Source of the DNA: an uncultured Roseburia sp.
GTDB lineage: Bacteria > Bacillota > Clostridia > Lachnospirales > Lachnospiraceae
Assembly: GCA_947642555.1 (NCBI GenBank)
Contig: CANRSX010000025.1
Span: 2,318 to 66,317, forward strand
Direction of reading: 5' to 3'
Length of the DNA stretch: 64,000 nucleotides
Shown here: piece after piece, positions 1-8,845 of the stretch
Numbering within the stretch: position 1 is the first letter of the stretch
Layout of the letters: each line of letters opens with the position of its first letter
The notes under the pieces: generated by a model
The model's input: the letters and a program-made list of their open reading frames with translations, nothing else
Told to the model about the DNA's origin: nothing
Database searches by the model: none
Made by a program: the position numbers and the translations under genes

Positions 1-525
1 GGGATCACCTGTACTTTGTATTTGTTCTAATTTTCTTCTGCAGTACAAAGAAATATCTCCTGTTCCATGATTTTTTCTCACATCGTCAATCAGTGCCTGT
101 AATACCTGCTTTCTGTTCTCCGGCAATGAAATTTTTTCACAGTTTAAATTGAGTCTTTTATTGAGATCTTCGTCGATCTCCGGATCCGACGACTGTATTC
201 TGCCTGATGATGTATATGTAATTCCACGCAGCGTACCGGCATCACATGGATTAACCCGGATCGGTTCATTTCCTCTATGGGCGTCACATGTCATTCCTTC
301 CTTATTACCACAGCCCCTGTTACCGGAGCACACAGCAATCATATTAAGATAGTTCAGGCCCTGTCCCGTATCCTCTTTGCTCTTCGGGTTTCTTGGAAAC
401 CAGTGCTCAATTGTAACGGGCGCTACCCCCATCGGCAAACCTCTTTTTTCAGGAATCCGCTTCATACAATAGGCACAAATATGCCCCTGCTCCCCAAGGA
501 GTTTTTCCAAAAGTTCGCTCTTCAC
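1..525 (-). CDS. HNH-type nuclease-like protein, PtuB/TIGR02646-like (5' end present, 3' end runs off the window)
   Basis: Absent from the ORF track because it is open at the window edge. My translation of the minus strand from GTG at 525 gives VKSELLEKLLGEQGHICAYCMKRIPEK..VTIEHWFPRNP..LNYLNMIAVCSGNRGCGNKEGMTCDAHRGN.. (175 codons, in frame to position 1). The CxxC pair, the 'IEHW' His and the downstream Asn and Cys/His resemble HNH/TIGR02646 proteins. The GTG lies 1 nt after the upstream ATPase stop codon. Confidence 0.55.
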   Translation of the reverse strand, partial: MKSELLEKLLGEQGHICAYCMKRIPEKRGLPMGVAPVTIEHWFPRNPKSKEDTGQGLNYLNMIAVCSGNRGCGNKEGMTCDAHRGNEPIRVNPCDAGTLRGITYTSSGRIQSSDPEIDEDLNKRLNLNCEKISLPENRKQVLQALIDDVRKNHGTGDISLYCRRKLEQIQSTGDP

Positions 526-526
526 C

Positions 527-1810
527 TCACATCTGCTCTAATTCAAGACGTACACGACATGAATTTACTTCCGCATCATTATCCCCGATCTGAGATTCCA
601 GTCGTTCAATGACAGCTTCAGCCTGACTCCATGCTCCCTCGTCAAGCAAATCATAAAACCGTTCAAATAAATTTTTTACCTCATCCGGTCTCGCCGCGAC
701 TTCCATTACTTCCCTAAGTATGGTATTTGCATCTTTACCGTAGGTCTCATCTGCTACAGGCAATACCGCATTGTTTTTTAATATGACAATCATGTCGCTC
801 TTTACCGAATTAATTACTTCAGGTGCATGTGTGCTGACGATAAACTGAACCTTCGGAAAAATATTCATAAGATCCTTCAAAATGCGTTTCTGCCAGACCG
901 GATGCAGATGCAGGTCAATCTCATCAATTAAAACAATGCCCTCTGTCTCGGTCAGTGCCTGATCCAGGAGCTGAGGATTAAGGATTGCCATACGATATGC
1001 AATATCAGCAATTAAGCTGATGGTACATTTATATCCATCGCTGAGCAGTGAAACAGGAATCCTGACAGGTTCCCTGTTCCTGTCAAAATAAATGACGTCA
1101 ATATCCCTCGTGTCCAGATTAAACTGTATCTTCACATCAGAGAAGCCCGTAATCCGTGCAAATACCTGCTCCATAGCCGCCACCACAGCCATAAACTCCG
1201 GAATTTTCTGATTTCTCTGAAGCTGCTGCATCGTCATTTTTTCAAACCATTTCATCATCAGCTTAGCGTTTGCAGCACCGTCAAGACTGTCAATATAGCC
1301 ATTGCTTCTGTTATTTTTCTCAAATGTATCCTTCTTTTTTTCTTTATGCTGATCCCAAAGACGCCCTGTTCCGTAATATGAAATAATCGGAAGCTTTAAT
1401 TCCTTATCACCGTTTTGCATTCTCTCCTGATACGCCCTGGCAACTGTGGTTAACTCTTTTGCAGATGCCATACCGCCTCTTCCCTTTGCGGAATTCAGAT
1501 TTCTGCTCCAGGTTCTTTCTTTTCCCTCTATCACTCCGGTCGCTGTTATTTCAACGGGAAACTGTGGCTGCACATCCACATTACTTCCCAGATCAAAACA
1601 TTTATAATGTGCATCGCTCTTTTTAATTCCATAGTTCGTCAGGCCATCCATTGCAGAGGTCAGTGTCCCCGCCGCGATTGCTGCCGCTTCAAGAACCGTT
1701 GATTTTCCTGACCCATTATCTCCCACAACAACGGTAAGTCTGTTGTGAAAATTCACTTTCAGGTCAGAAAAACATCTGAAATTATGGAGAATGATTGATT
1801 TTAATAACAT
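527..1810 (-). CDS. AAA_15/AAA_21-type (ABC/SMC-like) ATPase, PtuA-like
   Basis: Walker A GDNGSGKST (1697..1723), Walker B/D-loop LIDEIDLHLHP, H-loop FIVSTHAP. The N-terminus MLLKSIILHNFRCF is typical of this family. I moved the start to the second ATG (1810), which follows ACAGGAGGGG; the ORF track starts at 1828. Confidence 0.7.
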   Translation of the reverse strand: MLLKSIILHNFRCFSDLKVNFHNRLTVVVGDNGSGKSTVLEAAAIAAGTLTSAMDGLTNYGIKKSDAHYKCFDLGSNVDVQPQFPVEITATGVIEGKERTWSRNLNSAKGRGGMASAKELTTVARAYQERMQNGDKELKLPIISYYGTGRLWDQHKEKKKDTFEKNNRSNGYIDSLDGAANAKLMMKWFEKMTMQQLQRNQKIPEFMAVVAAMEQVFARITGFSDVKIQFNLDTRDIDVIYFDRNREPVRIPVSLLSDGYKCTISLIADIAYRMAILNPQLLDQALTETEGIVLIDEIDLHLHPVWQKRILKDLMNIFPKVQFIVSTHAPEVINSVKSDMIVILKNNAVLPVADETYGKDANTILREVMEVAARPDEVKNLFERFYDLLDEGAWSQAEAVIERLESQIGDNDAEVNSCRVRLELEQM

Positions 1811-1866
1811 GAACACCCCTCCTGTCATACATCTTCTTTCATCATAACATAAATATACTCAAAGTA

Positions 1867-1901
1867 AACAAAAAAGAGCCATCGCATTCGTGCGACAGCT
1901 C
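1867..1901 (-). terminator. Rho-independent terminator after the hydrolase operon
   Basis: Minus strand reads GAGCTGTCGCA-CGAA-TGCGATGGCTC followed by TTTTTTGTTT. The 11-bp stem has two G.U pairs that would be A.C mismatches on the plus strand, so it is minus-strand specific. Confidence 0.6.
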
Positions 1902-1947
1902 CTTTCATAATCAGCCGGCATTTCTGTTTCGGACTGACTCATCCGCT

Positions 1948-3438
1948 TTATCTTAAGCCTCTCCTCTCCGCCATTGCAACCGTAGCGTCCACATAGGCCT
2001 CCTTATCCTCCCGTAGTAAAAATCCCAGCGCGATAGTCTCCTCCGCGCTCCGCTCCACCAGCTCGCGGTAATGGGCCAGCGAGCCGTACATGGCCGTAAG
2101 CTGCTCCGCCGGGAAGGGGAATACGGTCCCGAACATCGGATCAAAGCTGCCGTCGGCGCGGGTGCTGTAGCTCTGATAGCGGCCCACGGGATAGTCCATG
2201 GCAGCCATGCGGATACCGCCCGTGGTGTTGCCGAAGAGATCCTTTTTGTTTTCATACTTCATCTTTGACGCCTTATGCATCAGGGTGAGGGCGTCAAAAT
2301 CCTTCTCCCCTGCCGGCACGGTATCGATCTTCGGCGCGTGGGGCGCCGGGATCTCCTCCCTCACCCACAGGTACAGGTTGCGCAGCGCCGCCTGGAAAAT
2401 ATATTGATACGGCGTGTCCAGCGGTTCTCCCTCGCAGCCGGAAAACTGCAGCTCACAGCAGTTTTTTTTCGCGTCCTCCCGCAGATGCCCCTCGTAATAG
2501 GTAATCATGTTGTAGTACGCATCGTGGCTGGTTCCCGCGATCTGATAAGTGCGGAATTTATAGTCCGGCAGATCGGAATCCCCCGCCCAGTTCGCGCCGC
2601 GGTTCTCGCTCTCCGTGTTGATCGCGATGTACGGTTCCCTCGACATCTGAACTTCACTTGTCGGTACGGAGCCGCCTCCCATCATCACCCCGTCCGTGGC
2701 CCGCAGCTCATAGGCATTGATGGGCGCAAGGGCGCAGTCCGCCCCGGCCTCTAAATATCCGTCAAAGAGGGGGCCGTTCTCCATATTCTCCGGCTGATAC
2801 GCAAAGGACCGCAGGATCCGGGACATATAGCTTCCGGACTGGGACCAGCCCAGCAGGTACAGATACGTTTTCCCATACTCCCGGATCGGGTTTAATTCGC
2901 TGTCTGTGCGCAGCAGCTTCACCAGCTCCACCTGCATATCCCAGTAAAGGCCGGATTCAAACTGCGGCAGGAAGGAAAAGATTCCCCCCGTCGGCTCCTC
3001 GCGGTCCGGCATGGGATTCGCCCAGTTCATCGCCTCATAGCGCGCTGGGTCAAACCGCTTTAACGTGTCCACCACATGCCCCTTGCTGGTCACGCCGATG
3101 TAGATATCGCCGTTTCTCGTTAAATACTGCCAGGTATTGACCCACATGCGGTCGATGTCCATCATCGCGGAGGCGTTTAAGATCTCGATCACCACGTTTC
3201 CGCTGAAACGCGCCTGATCCGCAGGCCGACGCACCAGCACACGGGTCGTATACGGCGCGTTCTCATAAATCGGCTTTACATGGTGATCTGCATCTGTCTC
3301 CGTGTAGATATTTGCGGTGCCGGACATAAAATATTCATCCTCGATATAGCCGATTTTATCAAATTCACATCGTTTCGCCGCAGTCTGAAACGGATAGGAA
3401 TCCGCCGTCACGGGAATTTTTTTCATCTCTGTAATCAT
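1948..3438 (-). CDS. Serine alpha/beta-hydrolase-like protein of unknown specificity
   Basis: 496-aa ORF. GWSQSG matches the GxSxG nucleophile elbow. RBS AAGAGG precedes the ATG. It is the last gene of the glycan operon. Confidence 0.5.
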   Translation of the reverse strand: MITEMKKIPVTADSYPFQTAAKRCEFDKIGYIEDEYFMSGTANIYTETDADHHVKPIYENAPYTTRVLVRRPADQARFSGNVVIEILNASAMMDIDRMWVNTWQYLTRNGDIYIGVTSKGHVVDTLKRFDPARYEAMNWANPMPDREEPTGGIFSFLPQFESGLYWDMQVELVKLLRTDSELNPIREYGKTYLYLLGWSQSGSYMSRILRSFAYQPENMENGPLFDGYLEAGADCALAPINAYELRATDGVMMGGGSVPTSEVQMSREPYIAINTESENRGANWAGDSDLPDYKFRTYQIAGTSHDAYYNMITYYEGHLREDAKKNCCELQFSGCEGEPLDTPYQYIFQAALRNLYLWVREEIPAPHAPKIDTVPAGEKDFDALTLMHKASKMKYENKKDLFGNTTGGIRMAAMDYPVGRYQSYSTRADGSFDPMFGTVFPFPAEQLTAMYGSLAHYRELVERSAEETIALGFLLREDKEAYVDATVAMAERRGLR

Positions 3439-3537
3439 ATTCTGCCTCTTTTCCTCACTAAATTCTGCTCACTTCTGACGGGGTGGTACAGTGCGGTTCT
3501 ACAGCGCAAAATTGTGCTGCATCCCCCGCCGCTTACA

Positions 3538-5838
3538 CTAACTGCGGTTCAGCCGGTCAAGCACCTGTGCCAGCTCATCGGGCTTCATGGCAGGCTCCCT
3601 GAACAGGCTGTCCTCCGTCATCCGGTAAGCCGGAAGTGCACAGCCAAGATCTGCCATCATGCCTTCCTGCGGGCCGAGGGCTGCCTTCGCCGCATCAGAT
3701 ACATCGCCGGCGATCTGTCCGATCTGCGGATGCTTATAGAACCACTCCCCCGCCAGCAGATTATGGTAGGTCTGCGCCTGCTCCCCGTCCTTTATCTCAT
3801 AGGAAAGCGTTTTTATTACATCCGTCTCCGCGCTCCCTGTTGCCAGGATCACTTCATAGCGCCCGCCTTCCCGCACGAAACGGCCACGCGTCTCATCGTA
3901 AAATCCGAGATCCTCTGCCGCCACGGAAAGGGTCACGGTCTGCTCCTCCCCCGGCTCCAGGGTCACCTTCGCAAAGGCTTTTAACTCTTTTTCGGGGACC
4001 ACGTAGCCGCTGTCCGGCTTTCTCACATACAGCTGGATCACCTGGGATCCCTTACGGCTCCCGGTATTTTTCACGGAAACCGTCGCCGTGACCGGTTCAT
4101 CCGCCGCATAAGACTCCTGCCCCATGGCCGCATCGGAGAAGGCAAACGTCGTATAGGAGAGCCCGCTGCCGAAGGGGAAGAGCACCGGGATCCGCCGCTT
4201 CTCGTACCAGCGGTAGCCCACGAAGATATCCTCCCCGTAATACACATTCGGCATCACCGTCGGATAGGCCGGGAAGCTCATGTAGGACGGCGTATCGGAA
4301 AGCCGCAGCGGGAAGGTCTCCGGAAGTCTGCCGCCAGGCTCCGCCACGCCGCAGAGCACATCCGCAAGGGCGCCTCCTAACGACTCCCCCGCCAGGTAGC
4401 TGTGCAGGATCGCCGACGCTCGCTCCTTTGCCAGGGAAAGAGCCACCGGCGCGCCGCTGACATTGACTACGACGACCTTCGTCCCCGCCACAGCTTCCGT
4501 CATGCCCTGCACTGCATCCAGCACCGCGCGAAGGGCCGCTTCCATATCCGCGGGCAGGGAGAGCGTCTGTCTGTCATAGCTCTCCGACTCATAGCCCACA
4601 GGAAGCCCGGTGAAAAACAGCACCACGTCCGCTTCCTTTGCCGCGGAGACCGCCTCCGCGATCAGCGCCTCATCCGGCCCCTGCTCCTTATACACACAGT
4701 CCACGATCCGGTAGCCCGCCGCATAGGAGACATCCGTCTCATCTCCCAGCAGCCGGCAGAGCTCCTCATAGGTGCTGTCGATCTTCCAGCCGTTCATGTG
4801 TCCGCTGCCGCAGCCCATGTAGTTCGGCTCCTTCGCCAGCGCTCCGATGACCGCCACACGCCCGCCCTTCGCGAGGGGCAGCACGCCGTCATTTTTCAGC
4901 AGCACCATGCACTCCGCCGCCAGCTCCCTGGCCCGGGCATGATCCGCCGGCTCGCAGTCCGTCAGGCTCTCGCCCCGGTTCCCGGTTTTCTCCTGAAGGG
5001 ACAGCATTTTATCGATGCTCTCATCCAGAATCCCCTCATCCAGAAGTCCCCGCTCGATGGCATCCTGCAGCTCCCTGGTATGCAGGCCCGCCGAGCCGAT
5101 CTCAAAATCAAGGCCGTATTTGTGGGACAGCACCTTCTCTGTCTGTACCGCCATGGCGTCCGAGATGGCCACACCGTCAAAACCGAATTCCTCCCGCAAA
5201 AGCTTCATCAGCTCCTCGTTCGCGGGCACCCACTGGCCGTTTACCTTATTGTAGCTGGTCATGATGGTCCAGGGCTTTCCCTCCCGGATGGCGATCTCAA
5301 AGGGTTTTAAATAGATCTCCCGCAGGGCGCGCTTTGACACGACGGCATTTGTCGTCATCCGCTCAAACTCCTGGCTGTTCACCGCAAAATGCTTTAAGTT
5401 CGCCGCCGTGCCCTCCGACTGGGTACCGCGGATAAAGGCGCCTCCCAGCTTTCCGGCAAGAATCGGATCCTCCGAGTAGTACTCAAAATTTCTTCCGCAG
5501 AGCGGACTGCGCTTGATATTGACCCCCGGCCGCAGCAGCACATTGATGTCGCGCTTCCGGCACTCCCGGCCCATGGCCTTTCCGATCTCATACGCCACAT
5601 CCTCCGCAAAGGACGCCGCCTGGGCCGCTGCCTGGGGCCAGGCCACCGGGTAATAATCCCCGGGCTTTCGATCCTTCGGATCCTCCACCGCGTAATCCTC
5701 GTCCCCCCTGGGATTGTCCTTGATCAGAAACCCGCGGTTTCCCAGCCGCTCCGTCACAAAGCAGCGGCCGTTCTTCATCACCGTGGCTTCCGTCTTCTCT
5801 TTTCGTGTCATCTGTCGGATAAATTTCTCATGCTTCAT
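3538..5838 (-). CDS. Glycoside hydrolase family 3 (beta-glucosidase/beta-xylosidase type)
   Basis: 766 aa. Contains KHFAVNSQE and GFDGVAISDAMAV (SD nucleophile motif) and a C-terminal Fn3-like region (SYTTFAFSD). This is the typical GH3 architecture. Confidence 0.85.
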   Translation of the reverse strand: MKHEKFIRQMTRKEKTEATVMKNGRCFVTERLGNRGFLIKDNPRGDEDYAVEDPKDRKPGDYYPVAWPQAAAQAASFAEDVAYEIGKAMGRECRKRDINVLLRPGVNIKRSPLCGRNFEYYSEDPILAGKLGGAFIRGTQSEGTAANLKHFAVNSQEFERMTTNAVVSKRALREIYLKPFEIAIREGKPWTIMTSYNKVNGQWVPANEELMKLLREEFGFDGVAISDAMAVQTEKVLSHKYGLDFEIGSAGLHTRELQDAIERGLLDEGILDESIDKMLSLQEKTGNRGESLTDCEPADHARARELAAECMVLLKNDGVLPLAKGGRVAVIGALAKEPNYMGCGSGHMNGWKIDSTYEELCRLLGDETDVSYAAGYRIVDCVYKEQGPDEALIAEAVSAAKEADVVLFFTGLPVGYESESYDRQTLSLPADMEAALRAVLDAVQGMTEAVAGTKVVVVNVSGAPVALSLAKERASAILHSYLAGESLGGALADVLCGVAEPGGRLPETFPLRLSDTPSYMSFPAYPTVMPNVYYGEDIFVGYRWYEKRRIPVLFPFGSGLSYTTFAFSDAAMGQESYAADEPVTATVSVKNTGSRKGSQVIQLYVRKPDSGYVVPEKELKAFAKVTLEPGEEQTVTLSVAAEDLGFYDETRGRFVREGGRYEVILATGSAETDVIKTLSYEIKDGEQAQTYHNLLAGEWFYKHPQIGQIAGDVSDAAKAALGPQEGMMADLGCALPAYRMTEDSLFREPAMKPDELAQVLDRLNRS

Positions 5839-5943
5839 AAATCATATCCCCTTTCATCTCTGCCAGCGTTTCCTGTTCCGGCATACCCGCCATGGCACTT
5901 CGGCGACACACAGTCAATTTGCCTCAGGGCTTGCCAGCGCTGC

Positions 5944-6825
5944 CTAGAACCCCAGCCCTTCTAACCACTCGCAGGACAGCCGCATCCAGCCCGCCGTGTG
6001 GTCGTTTCGCTTCCCGAACTTGGAGCTCCCGTCCGCTAAGGCCACGCCGTGGATCCCCTCCGGGAACAGGTGCAGCTCATAGGACACGCCGGCTTTTTCC
6101 AGCGCCATCGCCGTCTCATAGAGTCCTGCCCGCGGGATGATCTCGTCCTGGCCGGTCATCCACATGAAAAAGGGCGGCGTGTCCGGCGTGATGTGAAGCT
6201 CCGGTGAGAATTTCCGGTTTTCCTCATCGTCCCCCATTCCCGGGTTCCCCAGGTTTTTTGACAGCGCATAGGTGATAGCGCCGTAGCACTGGATCTCCGC
6301 GTCCGGACGGCAGGAAACCTGATCCGCCGCATCCCCCACGATCTGATTCGCGTGCTCATACTGCACTGACGCTGTGGAGGACAGATTACCGCCCGCCGAG
6401 AACCCGCCGATGGCGATGTGCGCCGGGTCGATGTTCCACTCATCCGCATGATACCGCAACAGTTTCAGCGCACGCTGCGCATCGTCTAACGCCATCTGCC
6501 GCGGATATGGTATACAGCGGTAGTCAAGCACCGCCGCATTATAGCCGTAGGCGTGATATTTCTCCGCCACCATCCGTCCCTCAAAGACGGACTTCATGTG
6601 ATATCCGCCCCCGGCGCACACCAGCACACAGCCCCGCTTCTCCTTCTGGGGCGGCAGCAGGCAGAGCTTCGGCTCCTCCTGGCCGTACTCCGGCACATAC
6701 CCCGGAGTTCCATCCGGCCAAAGCGGCACAAAGGCAAGCCCCTCTAAGCTCTCCTGCCATTCCCGGTGCTCCATCTGCCACCGCTCCCAGTCTTCCTTCT
6801 CATATCCAAAATACGGATCGCTCAT
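5944..6825 (-). CDS. Alpha/beta-hydrolase fold-3 esterase (acetyl-esterase/lipase type)
   Basis: CAGGGY oxyanion-type motif and GGFSAGG (GxSxG). RBS GAGAGGAG. Confidence 0.75.
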   Translation of the reverse strand: MSDPYFGYEKEDWERWQMEHREWQESLEGLAFVPLWPDGTPGYVPEYGQEEPKLCLLPPQKEKRGCVLVCAGGGYHMKSVFEGRMVAEKYHAYGYNAAVLDYRCIPYPRQMALDDAQRALKLLRYHADEWNIDPAHIAIGGFSAGGNLSSTASVQYEHANQIVGDAADQVSCRPDAEIQCYGAITYALSKNLGNPGMGDDEENRKFSPELHITPDTPPFFMWMTGQDEIIPRAGLYETAMALEKAGVSYELHLFPEGIHGVALADGSSKFGKRNDHTAGWMRLSCEWLEGLGF

Positions 6826-6842
6826 TTCGTTCTCCTCTCTAT

Positions 6843-7721
6843 CTAACCCTTTACAGCTCCCATCATGATCCCGCTGGCAAAATATTTCTGTAAAAACGGA
6901 TAGATCGCCAGAATCGGCGCCAGGGCCACAAAGGCGATGGCCATACGCACGGATACCGCCGGGATCTGCCCCACGGAGCCGGCTCCCGCTCCCGCGCTGG
7001 TCTGCAGCGCACGGATGTTTTCAATCATATTATTGAGCAGTACCTGGATCGTGTAAAGCTTTTTATCGTTGATATAATAAAGTCCGTTCACCCAGTCGTT
7101 CCAGTAGCCCAGCCCGGTAAACATGGAGATCGTCACCATGATTGGCTTGCCTAAGGGTACCACGATCTTCCAGAAAATCGTCAGATACCCCGCGCCGTCG
7201 ATCTCCGCCGCCTCGTACAGCGACTCTGGGATGCTGTTCATGTAAAAGGTCCGCATGAGGATGATATTCATCGCATTCATCAGAAGCCCCGGCAGCAGAT
7301 ACGCCAGCAGTGTATTTTTAATATGAAACGTGGAGGTCCACATGATGTAGGAGGGCACGATCCCGCCGGAAAAGAGCATGGTGAAAAGCACGTAAAAGGA
7401 AAAGACGCTTCTGCCCGGCAGCTTTCGGATCGAGAGCGGAAATGCCATCAGCATGGTGATCAGCACGCTCACCACAGTCCCCACCGCTGTGATCAGGATC
7501 GTATAACCGTAGGCAGAGAGGATCGTCGCCTTGTTTTTCAGGATATAGGCATAGCCCTCAATGCTGAATTTTTTCGGAAAAAAGGAATAGCCCTTCGCGA
7601 TCAGCGTGCTCTCCTCCGTAAGGGAGGACATAAATAAAAGCAGGATCGGCAGTACCATAAATAACGTGAGTATCACTAACAGAATATTGATTAAAATCTG
7701 ATATTTTTTATCGCTGCTCAT
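6843..7721 (-). CDS. Carbohydrate ABC transporter permease (LplC-type)
   Basis: 292 aa, multi-TM, EAA-loop-like EAAEIDGAGYLTIFWKIVVPL. RBS GGAGGA. Confidence 0.85.
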   Translation of the reverse strand: MSSDKKYQILINILLVILTLFMVLPILLLFMSSLTEESTLIAKGYSFFPKKFSIEGYAYILKNKATILSAYGYTILITAVGTVVSVLITMLMAFPLSIRKLPGRSVFSFYVLFTMLFSGGIVPSYIMWTSTFHIKNTLLAYLLPGLLMNAMNIILMRTFYMNSIPESLYEAAEIDGAGYLTIFWKIVVPLGKPIMVTISMFTGLGYWNDWVNGLYYINDKKLYTIQVLLNNMIENIRALQTSAGAGAGSVGQIPAVSVRMAIAFVALAPILAIYPFLQKYFASGIMMGAVKG

Positions 7722-7732
7722 TCCGTTCCTCC

Positions 7733-8662
7733 TTAAAAAATCGCATTCTCTTTGCTAAACTTACGCACGATCAGATTTGAAACCATGACAAGTGTGAATC
7801 CGACCACTGACTGGAACAGGCAGGCCGCGGACGACCTTCCGATGCCTCCTGCGGACATCATCGCGCGGTACACATAGGTATCGATGGTGTTCGTCACGTC
7901 AAACAGCGCGCCGGAATTCTGCGGCACCTGGTAAAATAGTCCGAAATCCGAGTAAAAAATTCTTCCCACCTGCAATAAGACAAGCGTAATCATCGTCGGC
8001 ACCAGATTCGGCAGGGTGATAAACCGGATCTGCTGCCATTTTGACGCGCCGTCAAGCTCCGCGGCCTCGTACATCTCCTTATCAATCCCGGCGATTGCCG
8101 CGATGTAGAGCAGGCATCCGTACCCTAATGATTTCCACATCTGCACGATCACAATGATAAAGGGCCAGTATTTCGTCTCGGAGTACCAGCCCACCGGTTC
8201 CATCCCAAGAGGCTTTAAGATACTGTTGTTGATCATTCCGTTTTCCACGGAAAGCAGCGCAAACACAATATAGCTGACGATCACCATAGAGACCAGGAAC
8301 GGAAACAGCACCGCGCTCTGGTAGATTTTTTTCGTGCCCTGACGCTTCACATCGCTGATCATGATGGCCACCGCCACCCCCATCACCAGATTTACGATGA
8401 TAAAGGCCACATTGTAAAAGAAGGTGTTGCGCAGGATAATCCCCGCGTCGCTCTTAAACAGATAGGTAAAATTGGAAAACCCGCACCAGGCGCTGCCAAA
8501 AATCCCGTCCCGCACGTTGTATTTTTTAAAGGCGATCACGCTACCAGCCATCGGGATGTAGTTGTTGATAAACAGATATACGATTCCCGGCACCATCATA
8601 AGATACAGCGGGATACATTTCCGGATCAGGATTCTCCGGTTGTGCTTCTTTCTCTCCTCCAT
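7733..8662 (-). CDS. Carbohydrate ABC transporter permease (LplB-type)
   Basis: 309 aa, multi-TM, EAAELDGASKWQQIRFITLP. RBS AGGAGAGAGGA. Confidence 0.85.
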   Translation of the reverse strand: MEERKKHNRRILIRKCIPLYLMMVPGIVYLFINNYIPMAGSVIAFKKYNVRDGIFGSAWCGFSNFTYLFKSDAGIILRNTFFYNVAFIIVNLVMGVAVAIMISDVKRQGTKKIYQSAVLFPFLVSMVIVSYIVFALLSVENGMINNSILKPLGMEPVGWYSETKYWPFIIVIVQMWKSLGYGCLLYIAAIAGIDKEMYEAAELDGASKWQQIRFITLPNLVPTMITLVLLQVGRIFYSDFGLFYQVPQNSGALFDVTNTIDTYVYRAMMSAGGIGRSSAACLFQSVVGFTLVMVSNLIVRKFSKENAIF

Positions 8663-8729
8663 TCCTCTCTCCTTTCCCTGCGGACTGCCAGAACCGCATC
8701 CGCATCTCTCACAGGCCCTGGATATAGCT

Positions 8730-8767
8730 CCGGGGCACAGGCGGACAGGTCATCCGCCGTGCCCCGG
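8730..8767 (-). other. GC-rich intercistronic stem-loop between the SBP and permease genes
   Basis: Plus strand reads CCGGGGCACAGGCGGA-cagguca-TCCGCCGTGCCCCGG. This gives about 15 bp with a single bulge and no following U-tract. Confidence 0.45.
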
Positions 8768-8845
8768 TTCCCTCACTTTTTCCAGTCAGCAGATGCCGGC
8801 TCCCCGGGCTGCTTTCTGTCAGCAGAGGTCCTGTTTTCAGACACA

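Noticed and set aside
1-1947. The ATPase + HNH pair as part of a retron (Ec78-type: RT + ATPase + HNH).
   Set aside because: The region upstream of the ATPase (1811..1947) holds only a short promoter region and the terminator of the neighbouring operon. No reverse transcriptase or msr/msd-like structure was seen. The downstream side lies outside the window.
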